A stretch of 64,000 nucleotides of DNA, taken from Candidatus Omnitrophota bacterium (GTDB lineage Bacteria; Omnitrophota; Gorgyraeia; Gygaellales; Profunditerraquicolaceae). Shown in pieces: positions 39,411 to 49,092 of this stretch (the first letter of the stretch is position 1; each line of letters starts with the position of its first letter). Where the stretch lies: contig JAZDMX010000003.1 of assembly GCA_043800555.1 (NCBI GenBank), forward strand, positions 97,947-161,946, given 5' to 3'. The notes under the pieces are model-generated. The model saw only the letters and a list, made by a program, of their open reading frames with translations, ran no database searches and was not told the DNA's origin. The position numbers were made by a program, and so were the translations under genes.

Positions 39411-40385
39411 ATGAATATATTTATTACCGGCATAACCGGATTTGTGGGCAGCCACCTGGCGGATTATCTACTTGATAATTACCCTGAGCATGAAATTTAC
39501 GGTTTAGACCGTTGGCGTTCCCCCAAAGATAATATTAAAGGTATTCTCGGGAAAGTTAATCTTTGTTTTGGGGATTTAACCGACTATTCTTCTTTGAGGC
39601 AGATATTGGCAAAGCATAAGCCTGGAATTATTTTCCATCTGGCGGCGCAGTCTTACGTGGATTTTAGTTTTGTCGCCCCTATTGCCACGCTTAATGCCAA
39701 TGTTATAGGCACCTGCAACCTGTTAGAGGCGGTAAAGGACCTGAAGTTTTCTGAAGGATATGACCCCCTGGTGCATATTTGCAGCTCTTCGGAAGTCTAT
39801 GGGCAGGTTAAGGAAGATGAGGTGCCGATTAAAGAGGCCAATGCTTTTCGTCCGGCCTCCCCCTATGCGGTAAGTAAAGTTGCCGAGGATATGCTTGCTT
39901 TGCAGTATTGGCTTTCCTGGAAGATTAAAACGATCCGCACTCGGATGTTCACGCATACCGGTCCGCGCAGAGGAGAAGTGTTCGCAGCTTCGAGTTTTGC
40001 AAAACAAATTGCCTCTATTGAGGCAGGATTATGCCCTCCGGTGATAAAGGTGGGGAATTTAAACAGCGTAAGGACGTTCTTAGACGTAAGGGACGCGGTA
40101 AAGGCGTATTGGCTTTTGGTTAAAAAAGGCCAGCCGGGAGAGGTTTATAATATCGGCGGGAACGAAACGATGACAATCAAGGAGATGCTTGGTAAGCTTA
40201 TCAAGCTTTCGGTTAAAAAGAATATAAAAGTGGAAGTGGATCCTTTGCGCCTGCGTCCTTCCGATGTTACTCTGCAGGTCCCTTGTATTGATAAATTCTG
40301 CAGCGTTACCGGATGGTCGCCTGAGATTAAATTTGAAAAGACCCTGAAAGACCTCCTGGATTATTGGAGGTCCCAGAAATTATGA
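39411..40385 (+). CDS. NAD-dependent epimerase/dehydratase (GDP-sugar 4,6-dehydratase / Rmd-like)
   Basis: IFITGITGFVGSHLADYLL, SSSEVYG, and PYAVSKVAEDML (YxxxK). 324 aa. Confidence 0.7.
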   Translation: MNIFITGITGFVGSHLADYLLDNYPEHEIYGLDRWRSPKDNIKGILGKVNLCFGDLTDYSSLRQILAKHKPGIIFHLAAQSYVDFSFVAPIATLNANVIGTCNLLEAVKDLKFSEGYDPLVHICSSSEVYGQVKEDEVPIKEANAFRPASPYAVSKVAEDMLALQYWLSWKIKTIRTRMFTHTGPRRGEVFAASSFAKQIASIEAGLCPPVIKVGNLNSVRTFLDVRDAVKAYWLLVKKGQPGEVYNIGGNETMTIKEMLGKLIKLSVKKNIKVEVDPLRLRPSDVTLQVPCIDKFCSVTGWSPEIKFEKTLKDLLDYWRSQKL

Positions 40386-40966
40386 TGAATAGGCAGGCGC
40401 TCCCTAATAATGCGTCGGATAGACCGAAAATATTATGCCCTGATCTGGTCCCGGTGAAAGAACAATACCGCAACAAGTGGTTTAAGGTATTGGAGCGCGG
40501 CGGGATCTTTACATTTGAATATGACCGGCCTCAAGTTGTGGTCTTGCCTATCGTGGACAAGAAGAGTATCGTCATGGTAAGGGTAAGGAGGCCGCTTATG
40601 GATGATTCCCCTTTAGAATTGCCGGCTGGGGATTCGCTGGAGCAGGAGACGCCCGCGGAAGCGGCAAGCCGGGAATTTTCCGAAGAAACAGGGATATGCG
40701 TCAATTCATTGGAAAGATTCAAGCCTGCAACCGCGATCTCTGAAATGCCGGGGAGGATGCCGGTCTTATTGAGCGTTTTTTATATAGAACTGGGTATGGA
40801 TGAATTTCTAAAGAGAAGGGCTTTTGATAAAAAAGAAATCATCTCCGTAGAACTGCTTTCAATAGGCGCAGTTATAAATAAGATCATTACCGGAGAAATA
40901 TATTTGAGCTCTCCTATCGCAATTTTATCGAGATTTATTTTCTCCAACTTGGATGGGATTAAATAA
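40364..40966 (+). CDS. NUDIX hydrolase (nucleotide-sugar pyrophosphatase-like)
   Basis: Nudix box LELPAGDSLEQETPAEAASREFSEETGI (Gx5Ex7REuxEExGu). Confidence 0.7.
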   Translation: MEVPEIMMNRQALPNNASDRPKILCPDLVPVKEQYRNKWFKVLERGGIFTFEYDRPQVVVLPIVDKKSIVMVRVRRPLMDDSPLELPAGDSLEQETPAEAASREFSEETGICVNSLERFKPATAISEMPGRMPVLLSVFYIELGMDEFLKRRAFDKKEIISVELLSIGAVINKIITGEIYLSSPIAILSRFIFSNLDGIK

Positions 40967-42438
40967 TGGAAGGTAAAGATATCATTTTGATTAATGTCGG
41001 CGGGACCAGAAAGAAGGTCTACCAGGATTTAAGCAAGGAATTTTCAGCTATCGATACGCCATTTTGGCTGGCACTTACCGCCGGTTACTTAATAAAGAAG
41101 GGGTTCTCGGTAAGCGTTTTGGACGCCAACGCCGAAAATATCGATTTTGATGAGACGGTCAGAAGGATCGAATCCGTTAACCCCCGCTACATCGCAATCA
41201 TTTGTTATAGCCAGCAGGCTAATGTCAGCACCCCGATAATGGTTGGCGTTGGCCATTTATGCCGGCTGATTAAGGAGAAGATTAAGGGCCGGAATTTGAT
41301 ACTTACCGGCTGGCACCCCTCGGCCCTTGCGCAACGGACGCTACAAGAAGAGGCCTGTGATTTTGTCGCTCAAGGAGAAGGGTTTTACACGCTGGAGGGC
41401 CTTCTCTCCGGAGATCCTTTTGATAATATAGCCGGTTTATGGTGGAAAGATGAGGGAGTGGCTAAGCATAATTTAGCCCCCAGGAATATCCGGAATTTAA
41501 GCGAAGAATTGAATGAGGTTGCCTGGGATTTGCTCCCAATGGATAAATATCGGGCATTCAGCTGGATGTGCTTAAGGGATTTTAGCGAGAGGGAGAAATT
41601 TGCCTCTATTTTCACAAGCCTGGGCTGCCCTTTTAAATGCAGTTTTTGTGCAATACATGCGACATACGGCGAGCATAAAATCAGATACTGGAACCCTGAA
41701 TGGGTCCTGAAGCAGATCGGTATCCTGGTAAAAAACTATGGCGTTAAGCATATTAATATCCATGATGAGCTCTTTGTCTTTAACCCAAAGCACTATCTGC
41801 CGATTGCCCAAGGCATTATTGAGCGGGGGTATTCGCTGAATATAAATGCATTCGCGCGGGTGGATGTATTGGATAAGATGAGCATCGATAATTTACGCGT
41901 TCTGAAAAAAGCGGGGTTCAATTGGTTAAAAATCGGCATTGAGACCGGCAATCGCCGCCTCCGGGCAGGCGTCGGTAAAGATAACTATGGGGAGGAAGTG
42001 GTGAGGCGGGTTATCAAAAAATCGCATGATAACGGCATTGATTTCTGCGCGAATTTTATGTTTGGCCTTCCCGGTGACGACTATGATTCGATGCAGGAGA
42101 CTTTGAATCTGGCGATAGATATGATGCCGGCCTTCCCGAGTTTTTTCGCCACAATGGCGATCCCGGGGTCGGATTTATACAGGGAGGCTTTAGCAAAAAG
42201 AATTCCTTTGCCGGATAACTGGCTAGGTTATGCTTCCCAGGGCTATGAGTTTATGCCTTTACCTACGGAAAAGCTCTCAGCCAGGCAGATACTGGAATTT
42301 AGGGACTACGCCTTCGACGCATATTTCAAGAACCCCAGGTATTTGAATATGATCGGAAATAAATTTGGGCCAAAAGCAAGAGCGCATATTGAGCAGATGA
42401 CGGCAATAAAACTCAAGCGCAAGCTATTGGGAGACTAA
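40966..42438 (+). CDS. Cobalamin (B12)-binding domain radical SAM enzyme #2
   Basis: N-terminal B12-binding-like domain. Radical SAM motif TSLGCPFKCSFCAIH. 490 aa. Confidence 0.8.
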   Translation: MEGKDIILINVGGTRKKVYQDLSKEFSAIDTPFWLALTAGYLIKKGFSVSVLDANAENIDFDETVRRIESVNPRYIAIICYSQQANVSTPIMVGVGHLCRLIKEKIKGRNLILTGWHPSALAQRTLQEEACDFVAQGEGFYTLEGLLSGDPFDNIAGLWWKDEGVAKHNLAPRNIRNLSEELNEVAWDLLPMDKYRAFSWMCLRDFSEREKFASIFTSLGCPFKCSFCAIHATYGEHKIRYWNPEWVLKQIGILVKNYGVKHINIHDELFVFNPKHYLPIAQGIIERGYSLNINAFARVDVLDKMSIDNLRVLKKAGFNWLKIGIETGNRRLRAGVGKDNYGEEVVRRVIKKSHDNGIDFCANFMFGLPGDDYDSMQETLNLAIDMMPAFPSFFATMAIPGSDLYREALAKRIPLPDNWLGYASQGYEFMPLPTEKLSARQILEFRDYAFDAYFKNPRYLNMIGNKFGPKARAHIEQMTAIKLKRKLLGD

Positions 42439-42441
42439 CGA

Positions 42442-43212
42442 ATGGATTCTTTTTGTAGAGATATACGCGAGGATATCCTGCGGATATCGCAGCGCAGCGG
42501 GCATGGGCATATTCCAACTTGTTTCTCGGTAGTGGAAATGATTTATGCGGCTTATTCGGTAATGAGGCATAAGCCAACTGATCCGCAATGGAGCGAGCGC
42601 GATATTTTTATTTTAAGTAAAGGCCACGCAGCCCTGGCTCATTATTGCGTTTTGGCCCGTTTGGGCTATTTCCCGCTGAAGGATGTTTACAGTTTCGGGT
42701 CATTCAGCTCAAAATTTGGCTGCCATGCCGACCGGCTTAGGGTGCCCGGAGTTGAGATGTCCACGGGCTCGCTTGGGCACGGAAGCGGCGTGGCTGCCGG
42801 TATTGCCTTGGCGTTTAAAATGAACAAATCTCCGAGGAGGGTTTTTGTCCTGATCGGAGACGGCGAGTCTAACGAAGGCACGGTATGGGAGTCTTTAATG
42901 GTTGCCGCAAGCCTGAAATTAGACAATCTTTATATTTTATTTGATAACAACGAATCTCAGTCGCGGTGTTTACCGGTTACAAAGCCCCAAGATAAATTTA
43001 GGGCTTTTGATTGCGAAGTTGTCGAATTAAACGGCCATGATGTTTCAGCGCTTAAAGAAGCCATGAGTTTGCCGCCGCAAGGCAGGCCAAAGGTTATTAT
43101 TGCCAATACCGTAAAGGGGCGGGGTTGCAGGACCCTGGTTGAAAACGTCTTTGCCTGGCACCGGCGCAGCCCCTCAAAAGAAGAACTGGATTGTTTACTG
43201 AAAGAAATTTAA
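42442..43212 (+). CDS. Transketolase, N-terminal (TPP/PP-domain) subunit
   Basis: GHGHIPTCFSVVEMIYAAY...ILSKGHAALAHY and the GSLGHG / GDGESNEG TPP-binding motifs of split transketolases. Confidence 0.85.
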   Translation: MDSFCRDIREDILRISQRSGHGHIPTCFSVVEMIYAAYSVMRHKPTDPQWSERDIFILSKGHAALAHYCVLARLGYFPLKDVYSFGSFSSKFGCHADRLRVPGVEMSTGSLGHGSGVAAGIALAFKMNKSPRRVFVLIGDGESNEGTVWESLMVAASLKLDNLYILFDNNESQSRCLPVTKPQDKFRAFDCEVVELNGHDVSALKEAMSLPPQGRPKVIIANTVKGRGCRTLVENVFAWHRRSPSKEELDCLLKEI

Positions 43213-44096
43213 TGAGAAAACATTTTAAAGAAACTCTTATTAAATTGGCTGAAAAGGATAAAAAGCTCCTGTTATTGCTTGGGGATATCAGCGTTTATCT
43301 TTTAAAGGATTTCTCTGCCCGTTTCCCGGGTCAATTTTATAATGCCGGTATCTGTGAGAACACCCTTATTTCGATGGCTGCGGGGTTAAGCTCGCAGGGG
43401 TTTCATCCGTTTGTGCATACCATTGCCCCGTTTATTACCGAAAGAAGTTACGAGCAGGTAAAGCTGGATATGTGTTATAACGGTTTTGGCGGCAATATTG
43501 CTTCTTGCGGAGGGTCATTTGATTATGCCTGGGATGGCGCAACGCACCATTGTTATACCGATCTGGAATTAATGCGCATGCTTCCGGGAATGGAGGTAAT
43601 GCAGCCGGGGAATAAAAAAGAGCTGGGCATCCTTATCGAATCGCAGTATGCCAACGCTAAGCCGTCGTATTTTAGGATACCGGCGGATGAGCATAAGCTT
43701 GATTTGACTGTGGAATTCGGCAAAGGCAATATTGTTATTCACAAGGATTCGGCAGTTTTAACAATCGCAACCGCAGGGCCTATCCTGCAAAATGTCTATG
43801 AAGCCTGTAAGGATTTGAGCGTAAATTTGCTCTATTTTCATACTATTAAGCCGCTGGATATAGAAATCCTGGCGCGCTACTCAAATACAAAAATCTTGGT
43901 CATTCATGATGCCTTCGGACTTTTTGAAGCAATCAGCGCTTCTTCCGAGGCAAAAGTAAAATATTTCGGGATTCCCGATAAATTCTGTTGTTATTATGGG
44001 ACGCTCGAAGACATAAGGAAAGAGCTGGGGCTGGATGTTGAAGGGATCAGGAAGGTTATTTTGCAAGAGCTGGAAGGGGTAAATCGTGGGAAATGA
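43191..44096 (+). CDS. Transketolase, C-terminal (Pyr + C-terminal domain) subunit
   Basis: ~300 aa pyrimidine-binding/C-terminal domain (FYNAGICENTLISMAAGLS...FVHTIAPF). Overlaps the N-subunit gene by 22 nt. Confidence 0.85.
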   Translation: MFTERNLMRKHFKETLIKLAEKDKKLLLLLGDISVYLLKDFSARFPGQFYNAGICENTLISMAAGLSSQGFHPFVHTIAPFITERSYEQVKLDMCYNGFGGNIASCGGSFDYAWDGATHHCYTDLELMRMLPGMEVMQPGNKKELGILIESQYANAKPSYFRIPADEHKLDLTVEFGKGNIVIHKDSAVLTIATAGPILQNVYEACKDLSVNLLYFHTIKPLDIEILARYSNTKILVIHDAFGLFEAISASSEAKVKYFGIPDKFCCYYGTLEDIRKELGLDVEGIRKVILQELEGVNRGK

Positions 44097-45483
44097 GCTT
44101 TTATTGGTTTCCATCGCTTCGAACAGCCATCGCAATATCGGCTGCCTTTCGCTTTATGCGACAGCTGTTGATGCCGGAATATCTACCAACCTCATCTTTA
44201 TTCCCCGGGAGTCCGAATATAGCCAGGATGAATTTTGCGCTTTTTTGCAGAAGAACAACTTTAAGATAGTCGGTATTTCTTTGACGACAAGGGATTTTAA
44301 CTTCGCGCGCAAGATTACAGCGCATATCCGCGGGTCTTTACCGGGCGCCCATATCGTATGGGGGGGGATCCACCCTACCTCTAAGCCCCAAGAGTGCTTG
44401 CATTATGCCGATTCTGTCTGCCTGGGGGAAGCAGAGGTATCCTTAACCCAGCTAATCAAAGCATTAAGGAATAAGTCCGGCATATCGCATATCCCGGGGA
44501 TCGGGATAAAGGCAGGCGGGGCCGATACGATTAACCCGCCGCAGTTAATCAGCGACTTAAACCTGTTGCCGTTTCCCCGCTTTGATTTTAAGAATTTCTA
44601 CGTATTAGACGCCTGCGGGCTGCATTTATTTAGCCGCCAGGATTACGTTAAGTATTCCAGGCATAATGGCGATGGGTATGTTTTATTAAGCTCCAGGTCC
44701 TGCCCGCATCATTGTTCCTACTGCATAAATTCTTTCCTTAATAAACTTTATAACGGCAGTCCTGCAAGATTATACCGCAGGCGTTCCGTAGATAATGTTT
44801 TGGCTGAAATCAAGCACGCTTTAGCGACAATCCCCGGCATAGGTTTTGTTAATTTTATGGATGACCATTTCCTCACGGATAAGAAATGGACCGGAGAATT
44901 CTGCGAGAAATACGCGAGGTTAATTAATCTGCCCTTTATAATCAGGGCGACTCCGGTTGCGATTATAAATACGGAAATCCCGTTGTTAAAAAAGGCCGGG
45001 TTGCGCACAGTGCAAATGGGCATCCAATCGGGGAGCGAAAACACGCACAAGAATATTTTCCATCGGGCTTTTAACAAAGACGATGTTTTGCAGGCCGCCG
45101 GGATCTTAAATAGCAATAACCTTGTCTGCCTCTTTGATTTCATAATCGAGAACGATTTTGAAACGGATGAAGACCGCGATAAGACCATTGAATTGATGCT
45201 GCAGCTTCCTAAGCCGTATATAGCCAATATCTTCGCGATGACTGTTTTCCCGAAAACCGATTTGGAATCCATGTATAAAGAACGCAAGATGACCCCGAGG
45301 ATCGATCCCTACGCAAGCAATTATTTTGATTTCAAGAAGGAGGATTTTTATTATCAGCTGGCGAGCCTGATTCCTTTAATAGATGGAGCAGAAGCCAGAC
45401 GTATATTCCAAAACCGTAATGATAGTATAACCAGGGCATACTTGAAAGAGTTGTATTTAGAAAAAACGCGTTCAGATTCGTAA
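44086..45483 (+). CDS. Cobalamin (B12)-binding domain radical SAM enzyme #3
   Basis: N-terminal B12-binding-like domain (LLVSIASNSHRNIGCLSLYATAV...). Radical SAM motif SSRSCPHHCSYCINS. 465 aa. Confidence 0.8.
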   Translation: MGNELLLVSIASNSHRNIGCLSLYATAVDAGISTNLIFIPRESEYSQDEFCAFLQKNNFKIVGISLTTRDFNFARKITAHIRGSLPGAHIVWGGIHPTSKPQECLHYADSVCLGEAEVSLTQLIKALRNKSGISHIPGIGIKAGGADTINPPQLISDLNLLPFPRFDFKNFYVLDACGLHLFSRQDYVKYSRHNGDGYVLLSSRSCPHHCSYCINSFLNKLYNGSPARLYRRRSVDNVLAEIKHALATIPGIGFVNFMDDHFLTDKKWTGEFCEKYARLINLPFIIRATPVAIINTEIPLLKKAGLRTVQMGIQSGSENTHKNIFHRAFNKDDVLQAAGILNSNNLVCLFDFIIENDFETDEDRDKTIELMLQLPKPYIANIFAMTVFPKTDLESMYKERKMTPRIDPYASNYFDFKKEDFYYQLASLIPLIDGAEARRIFQNRNDSITRAYLKELYLEKTRSDS

Positions 45484-45513
45484 GATAATATTAATTAAAT
45501 ATAAGGAGTTCAG

Positions 45514-46029
45514 ATGAAGGTAGCAGAAACAAATCTTAAGGGCGTGTTGATGATTCATCCGCCCACTGTTTTTGAAGATTTCCGGGGGTCTTACGTTGAG
45601 CTTTACAATAGCGGTCTTTATAGAGAATCCGGAATTAATGTTAATTTCATACAGGATGATATTTCGATTTCCACAAAACACGTCCTTAGGGGTATTCATG
45701 GGGATAATGAAACCTGGAAATTAATTTCTTGTCTTTACGGCGAATTTTATTTTGTTGTAGCCAATTGCGACAAAGAATCATCCGATTTCGGGAAGTGGCA
45801 GTCATTTACCCTCTCGGATAAGAACCATACCCAGATCCTTGTGCCGCCAAAATATGGGAATGCCCATCTTGTGCTAAGCGACAGGGCGGTTTTTCACTAT
45901 AAGCAGACAACTTATTATAATCCGTCTGGACAATTCACTTATAAATGGGATGATCCAGGCTTTAATATCCGCTGGCCGGTTAAGAATCCGATATTGTCTA
46001 AGCGGGATGAACTGGGCCATTTTGTTTAA
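45514..46029 (+). CDS. NDP-sugar 3,5-epimerase, RmlC-like cupin
   Basis: NFIQDDISISTKHVLRGIHGD matches the RmlC motif VQDNHS.S..GVLRGLH. 171 aa. Separated from rmlA/B/D by ~23 kb. Confidence 0.8.
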   Translation: MKVAETNLKGVLMIHPPTVFEDFRGSYVELYNSGLYRESGINVNFIQDDISISTKHVLRGIHGDNETWKLISCLYGEFYFVVANCDKESSDFGKWQSFTLSDKNHTQILVPPKYGNAHLVLSDRAVFHYKQTTYYNPSGQFTYKWDDPGFNIRWPVKNPILSKRDELGHFV

Positions 46030-46032
46030 AAA

Positions 46033-46956
46033 ATGTTGAATGATATAGCAATCAGGATGGCCAATAAAGATGATATCAGCGGAATTGTAGCGCTGCAAAA
46101 ACAAGTATATGGAGAATACAAAAGGGACGCGCCGTTTTTTATCTGGCAATGTTTCAAGAATATTAATCCATCTGTTTTGATAGTAGCCAAGAACAAGAAT
46201 TCTATTGTCGGAACATTGGGTATACAGAAGATCAAGACAACGGATAATTTATGCGGAGGCCAGCTCAGTTGGATCGTTGTTTCCAAACGCCAGCGCAGAA
46301 AAAGGATTTTTACAGAAATGAGCAGGCTTGCTTTAGAATGTATGCCGGGTTTGGATTTTATATTCATTTTTGCAAATAGCCAGGCCGTTGCCCCCTGCGA
46401 GAGTAAATTGGGGATGAGGTTTATCGGAAAGCTGAGCCAGCTGATTTCAAAGCCGCATAGCAAAGCTTATGCGGAATCTTATTTAGAGCCTATCAGCGCC
46501 GGGACAAGATTCCCGGTTGCCTTGCATGATAAAAAAGCAGTAACTTTTCAGCGGCCTGAGCGTTACCGGAGTTGGCGATATGCAAAGAATACGGTGCATA
46601 AATATTTTAAAGTTTTGATTTCGCCAAAAGAGTATGCGATTATTAAATTATTTAAAGAGCGAGGGGAAGTTCAAGTAACAGGAGATATTGTAGATTTTGA
46701 ATGCGATATCCAAAACAAAGGCCAGCTTAAAAAGCTTTTTCTCGCCGCTTCTTTTGAATTAATGAAAATGGGGGCAACAATGATTACTACCTGGGCTGTC
46801 CCCGGGACTAAATTACGCATTCTGTTGGAAGACATGGGTTTTAAAGAAAGCAATCATTGTTCTTTTTTCGGATTAAGAGTCCTTAATCCAGGTTATCACA
46901 GTTTATACAACTTTAAAGCATGGCATTTAGCGCAATCAGATGCCTCTAATTATTGA
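46033..46956 (+). CDS. GNAT-like acyltransferase-fold protein (possibly tandem GNAT domains)
   Basis: N-terminal region with GNAT-like features (ISGIVALQKQVY...IVGTLGIQKI). Weak, and no clear acetyl-CoA P-loop. Confidence 0.35.
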   Translation: MLNDIAIRMANKDDISGIVALQKQVYGEYKRDAPFFIWQCFKNINPSVLIVAKNKNSIVGTLGIQKIKTTDNLCGGQLSWIVVSKRQRRKRIFTEMSRLALECMPGLDFIFIFANSQAVAPCESKLGMRFIGKLSQLISKPHSKAYAESYLEPISAGTRFPVALHDKKAVTFQRPERYRSWRYAKNTVHKYFKVLISPKEYAIIKLFKERGEVQVTGDIVDFECDIQNKGQLKKLFLAASFELMKMGATMITTWAVPGTKLRILLEDMGFKESNHCSFFGLRVLNPGYHSLYNFKAWHLAQSDASNY

Positions 46957-46989
46957 TTTAAGTGTTTGTTTTTAATTATGGAGGAATAA

Positions 46990-48024
46990 GTGAAAGACAT
47001 AAAACAATCTATGGAGAAAGCCCTTATTGAGCAGGGATGGATATTCGGCGATAAAGCTACGCGAATCGGCTCACCGTTTGTTTGGGCAGAAAATGAGCAT
47101 AAAAATAATATCCTTAATCTGGAAGGGTTGTATGCGATAGGCTTTTATTTCTCAATGTGGTATGTCGTAAAAAGAACTCCGCGAGAACTGATGATCCATA
47201 ACCATGAAAAAGTCAGCAATTATATGATTTCTGAGATTACGCGTTCTTTCAGGCATTTTTTCCCTTTCCTGAAATTAACGAAAGATTGGAATAGCCATAT
47301 AGAGGCGCAGGCCTTAGCCAGAAGCCAGGATTATTTCTTTCTGAAGAAATTCTGTGAAATCCTGCCAAGTAAGCCGCATCATATTGATATCGGCCCGGGG
47401 CTGGGATGCGCTGCTATCGCTAGTATAAAATTTCTTAACTCTTTCTTTTACGCGCTTGAAGCAAGCCCGATGAGCTATGCGGTCCAGAGGCACTATTTCA
47501 GGTTTCTTTCTCCTGTCCCCGGAGCTTATCTTGACGTTATAGAATGTGAGAATTATCAGCTTCCTGCCGGGGAAATAATGCAAGAGATAAATAAGAACGG
47601 TTACAGAATCAAACACATCCCTTCATGGAGATTCCCCTGGTTGCTTGATGGGTCAATGGATATCTTGTCTGCTACCTTTGTTTTAAATGAACTTAATTAT
47701 TCAGGTATTTTCTGGATTCTATCGAATGCCTCGAGAGTTATCAAAAAAGGAGGATACTTTTATATTCGTGATAGTGAGATTTTAAAGCCAGGAACTCATA
47801 CAGTTGAATACGATAAGGTGCTTCTAAAGATTGGTTTTGAAAAAGTAAGCGAGCTAAGGTTTGAAAACAGGCATATATATTTTGGTATCCCCAGGCTATA
47901 TCGGAAAATTAATTCAAAAGCAGTTTCTTTTGAAGAGATTGTTGGCATGTGCCTGGGGAAATACGCTTCAGTGGCTGCGGGAAGTGATTTGGCATATAAT
48001 CTCGACAAGATGCCGAAATTGTAG
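46990..48024 (+). CDS. Putative class I SAM-dependent methyltransferase
   Basis: DIGPGLGCAAIAS is a motif I-like glycine-rich loop; otherwise unrecognised. Confidence 0.4.
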   Translation: MKDIKQSMEKALIEQGWIFGDKATRIGSPFVWAENEHKNNILNLEGLYAIGFYFSMWYVVKRTPRELMIHNHEKVSNYMISEITRSFRHFFPFLKLTKDWNSHIEAQALARSQDYFFLKKFCEILPSKPHHIDIGPGLGCAAIASIKFLNSFFYALEASPMSYAVQRHYFRFLSPVPGAYLDVIECENYQLPAGEIMQEINKNGYRIKHIPSWRFPWLLDGSMDILSATFVLNELNYSGIFWILSNASRVIKKGGYFYIRDSEILKPGTHTVEYDKVLLKIGFEKVSELRFENRHIYFGIPRLYRKINSKAVSFEEIVGMCLGKYASVAAGSDLAYNLDKMPKL

Positions 48025-48078
48025 TTTTAATTAAAGCGTAGTTGTCTTAGGCGTTATAAGACTTAAGGAGATTATCAT

Positions 48079-49077
48079 ATGGTTATCGTCAGAACCCCCT
48101 TTCGTATTTCATTCTTTGGCGGGGGGACAGATTACCCTTCCTGGTATAAGGAAAATGGCGGGATGGTTTTAAGCACCACTATAAATAAATATTGTTATAT
48201 CAGCTGCAGGTATCTTCCGCCTTTTTTTAACTATAAATATCGCATAAGATATGTCAAGCGGGAAGAAACGCAGGATATCTCCCAGATTGAACATCCTTCG
48301 GTTAGGGAATGCCTGAAGTTTATGAATATCGGTTCCGGAATTGAAATGGTCCATACCAGCGACATTCCGGCAAGATCAGGGGTCGGTTCAAGTTCGGCAT
48401 TTACAGTAGGATTTTTACAGGCCTTAAATGCCTTAAAAGGGAAAATGATTACCAAAAGGCAATTGGCGCGTGATGCGATCCATGTGGAGCATAACTTGAT
48501 TAAGGAAAATATAGGCGCCCAGGATCAGGTTGCGGTTGCTTTTGGCGGCCTTAACAAGATTGATTTTAGCGGGGATAATGAATTCTACGTTAATCCGCTT
48601 ACAATATCTAAAGAAAGAGCAGATCTATTACAGGGCCATTTAATGTTATTTTTTACCGGGTTTTATCGTAATGCTTCAGATATCGCAGAAGAGCAAATTA
48701 AAAATACTCCGGCATTAAAAAAAGAGCTCCATGAAATGAAGGGGATGGTGAGTGAGGCGGTTGAGATACTTAATGGCGACTCCGGAGATATTGAAGAATT
48801 CGGAAAGCTATTGCATGAATCATGGAAGATCAAACGCAGCCTGACATCTATGATTTCTACCCCTGAAATAGACGCTATTTATGGGGCTGCTTGTAAATCT
48901 GGGGCCCTTGGAGGCAAGTTACTGGGTGCCGGAGGCGGGGGTTTTATTCTTTTATTCGCCAAGCCAGAAGCGCAATCGAAGATAAAAGAAAAGCTGAAAA
49001 ATATCCTTCATGTGCCTTTTTCTTTTGAGAAGCTCGGAAGCCAGGTTATTATGTATTCTACCCAAGATTTTTATTAA
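48079..49077 (+). CDS. GHMP kinase, D-glycero-D-manno-heptose 7-phosphate kinase (HddA)-like
   Basis: TPFRISFFGGGTDYPSWY N-terminus (HddA-like). GHMP motif PARSGVGSSSAF. C-terminal LLGAGGGGF. Confidence 0.75.
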   Translation: MVIVRTPFRISFFGGGTDYPSWYKENGGMVLSTTINKYCYISCRYLPPFFNYKYRIRYVKREETQDISQIEHPSVRECLKFMNIGSGIEMVHTSDIPARSGVGSSSAFTVGFLQALNALKGKMITKRQLARDAIHVEHNLIKENIGAQDQVAVAFGGLNKIDFSGDNEFYVNPLTISKERADLLQGHLMLFFTGFYRNASDIAEEQIKNTPALKKELHEMKGMVSEAVEILNGDSGDIEEFGKLLHESWKIKRSLTSMISTPEIDAIYGAACKSGALGGKLLGAGGGGFILLFAKPEAQSKIKEKLKNILHVPFSFEKLGSQVIMYSTQDFY

Positions 49078-49092
49078 AACATACCTGCCATT

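Noticed and set aside
42442-44096. Considered calling the split transketolase a DXP synthase or another TPP enzyme (pyruvate dehydrogenase E1).
   Set aside because: The two-gene N/C split and the motif context (GHGHIP…, GDGESNEG, and a separate Pyr/C-terminal subunit of ~300 aa) fit split transketolase rather than DXS (single ~620 aa) or PDH E1 alpha/beta.
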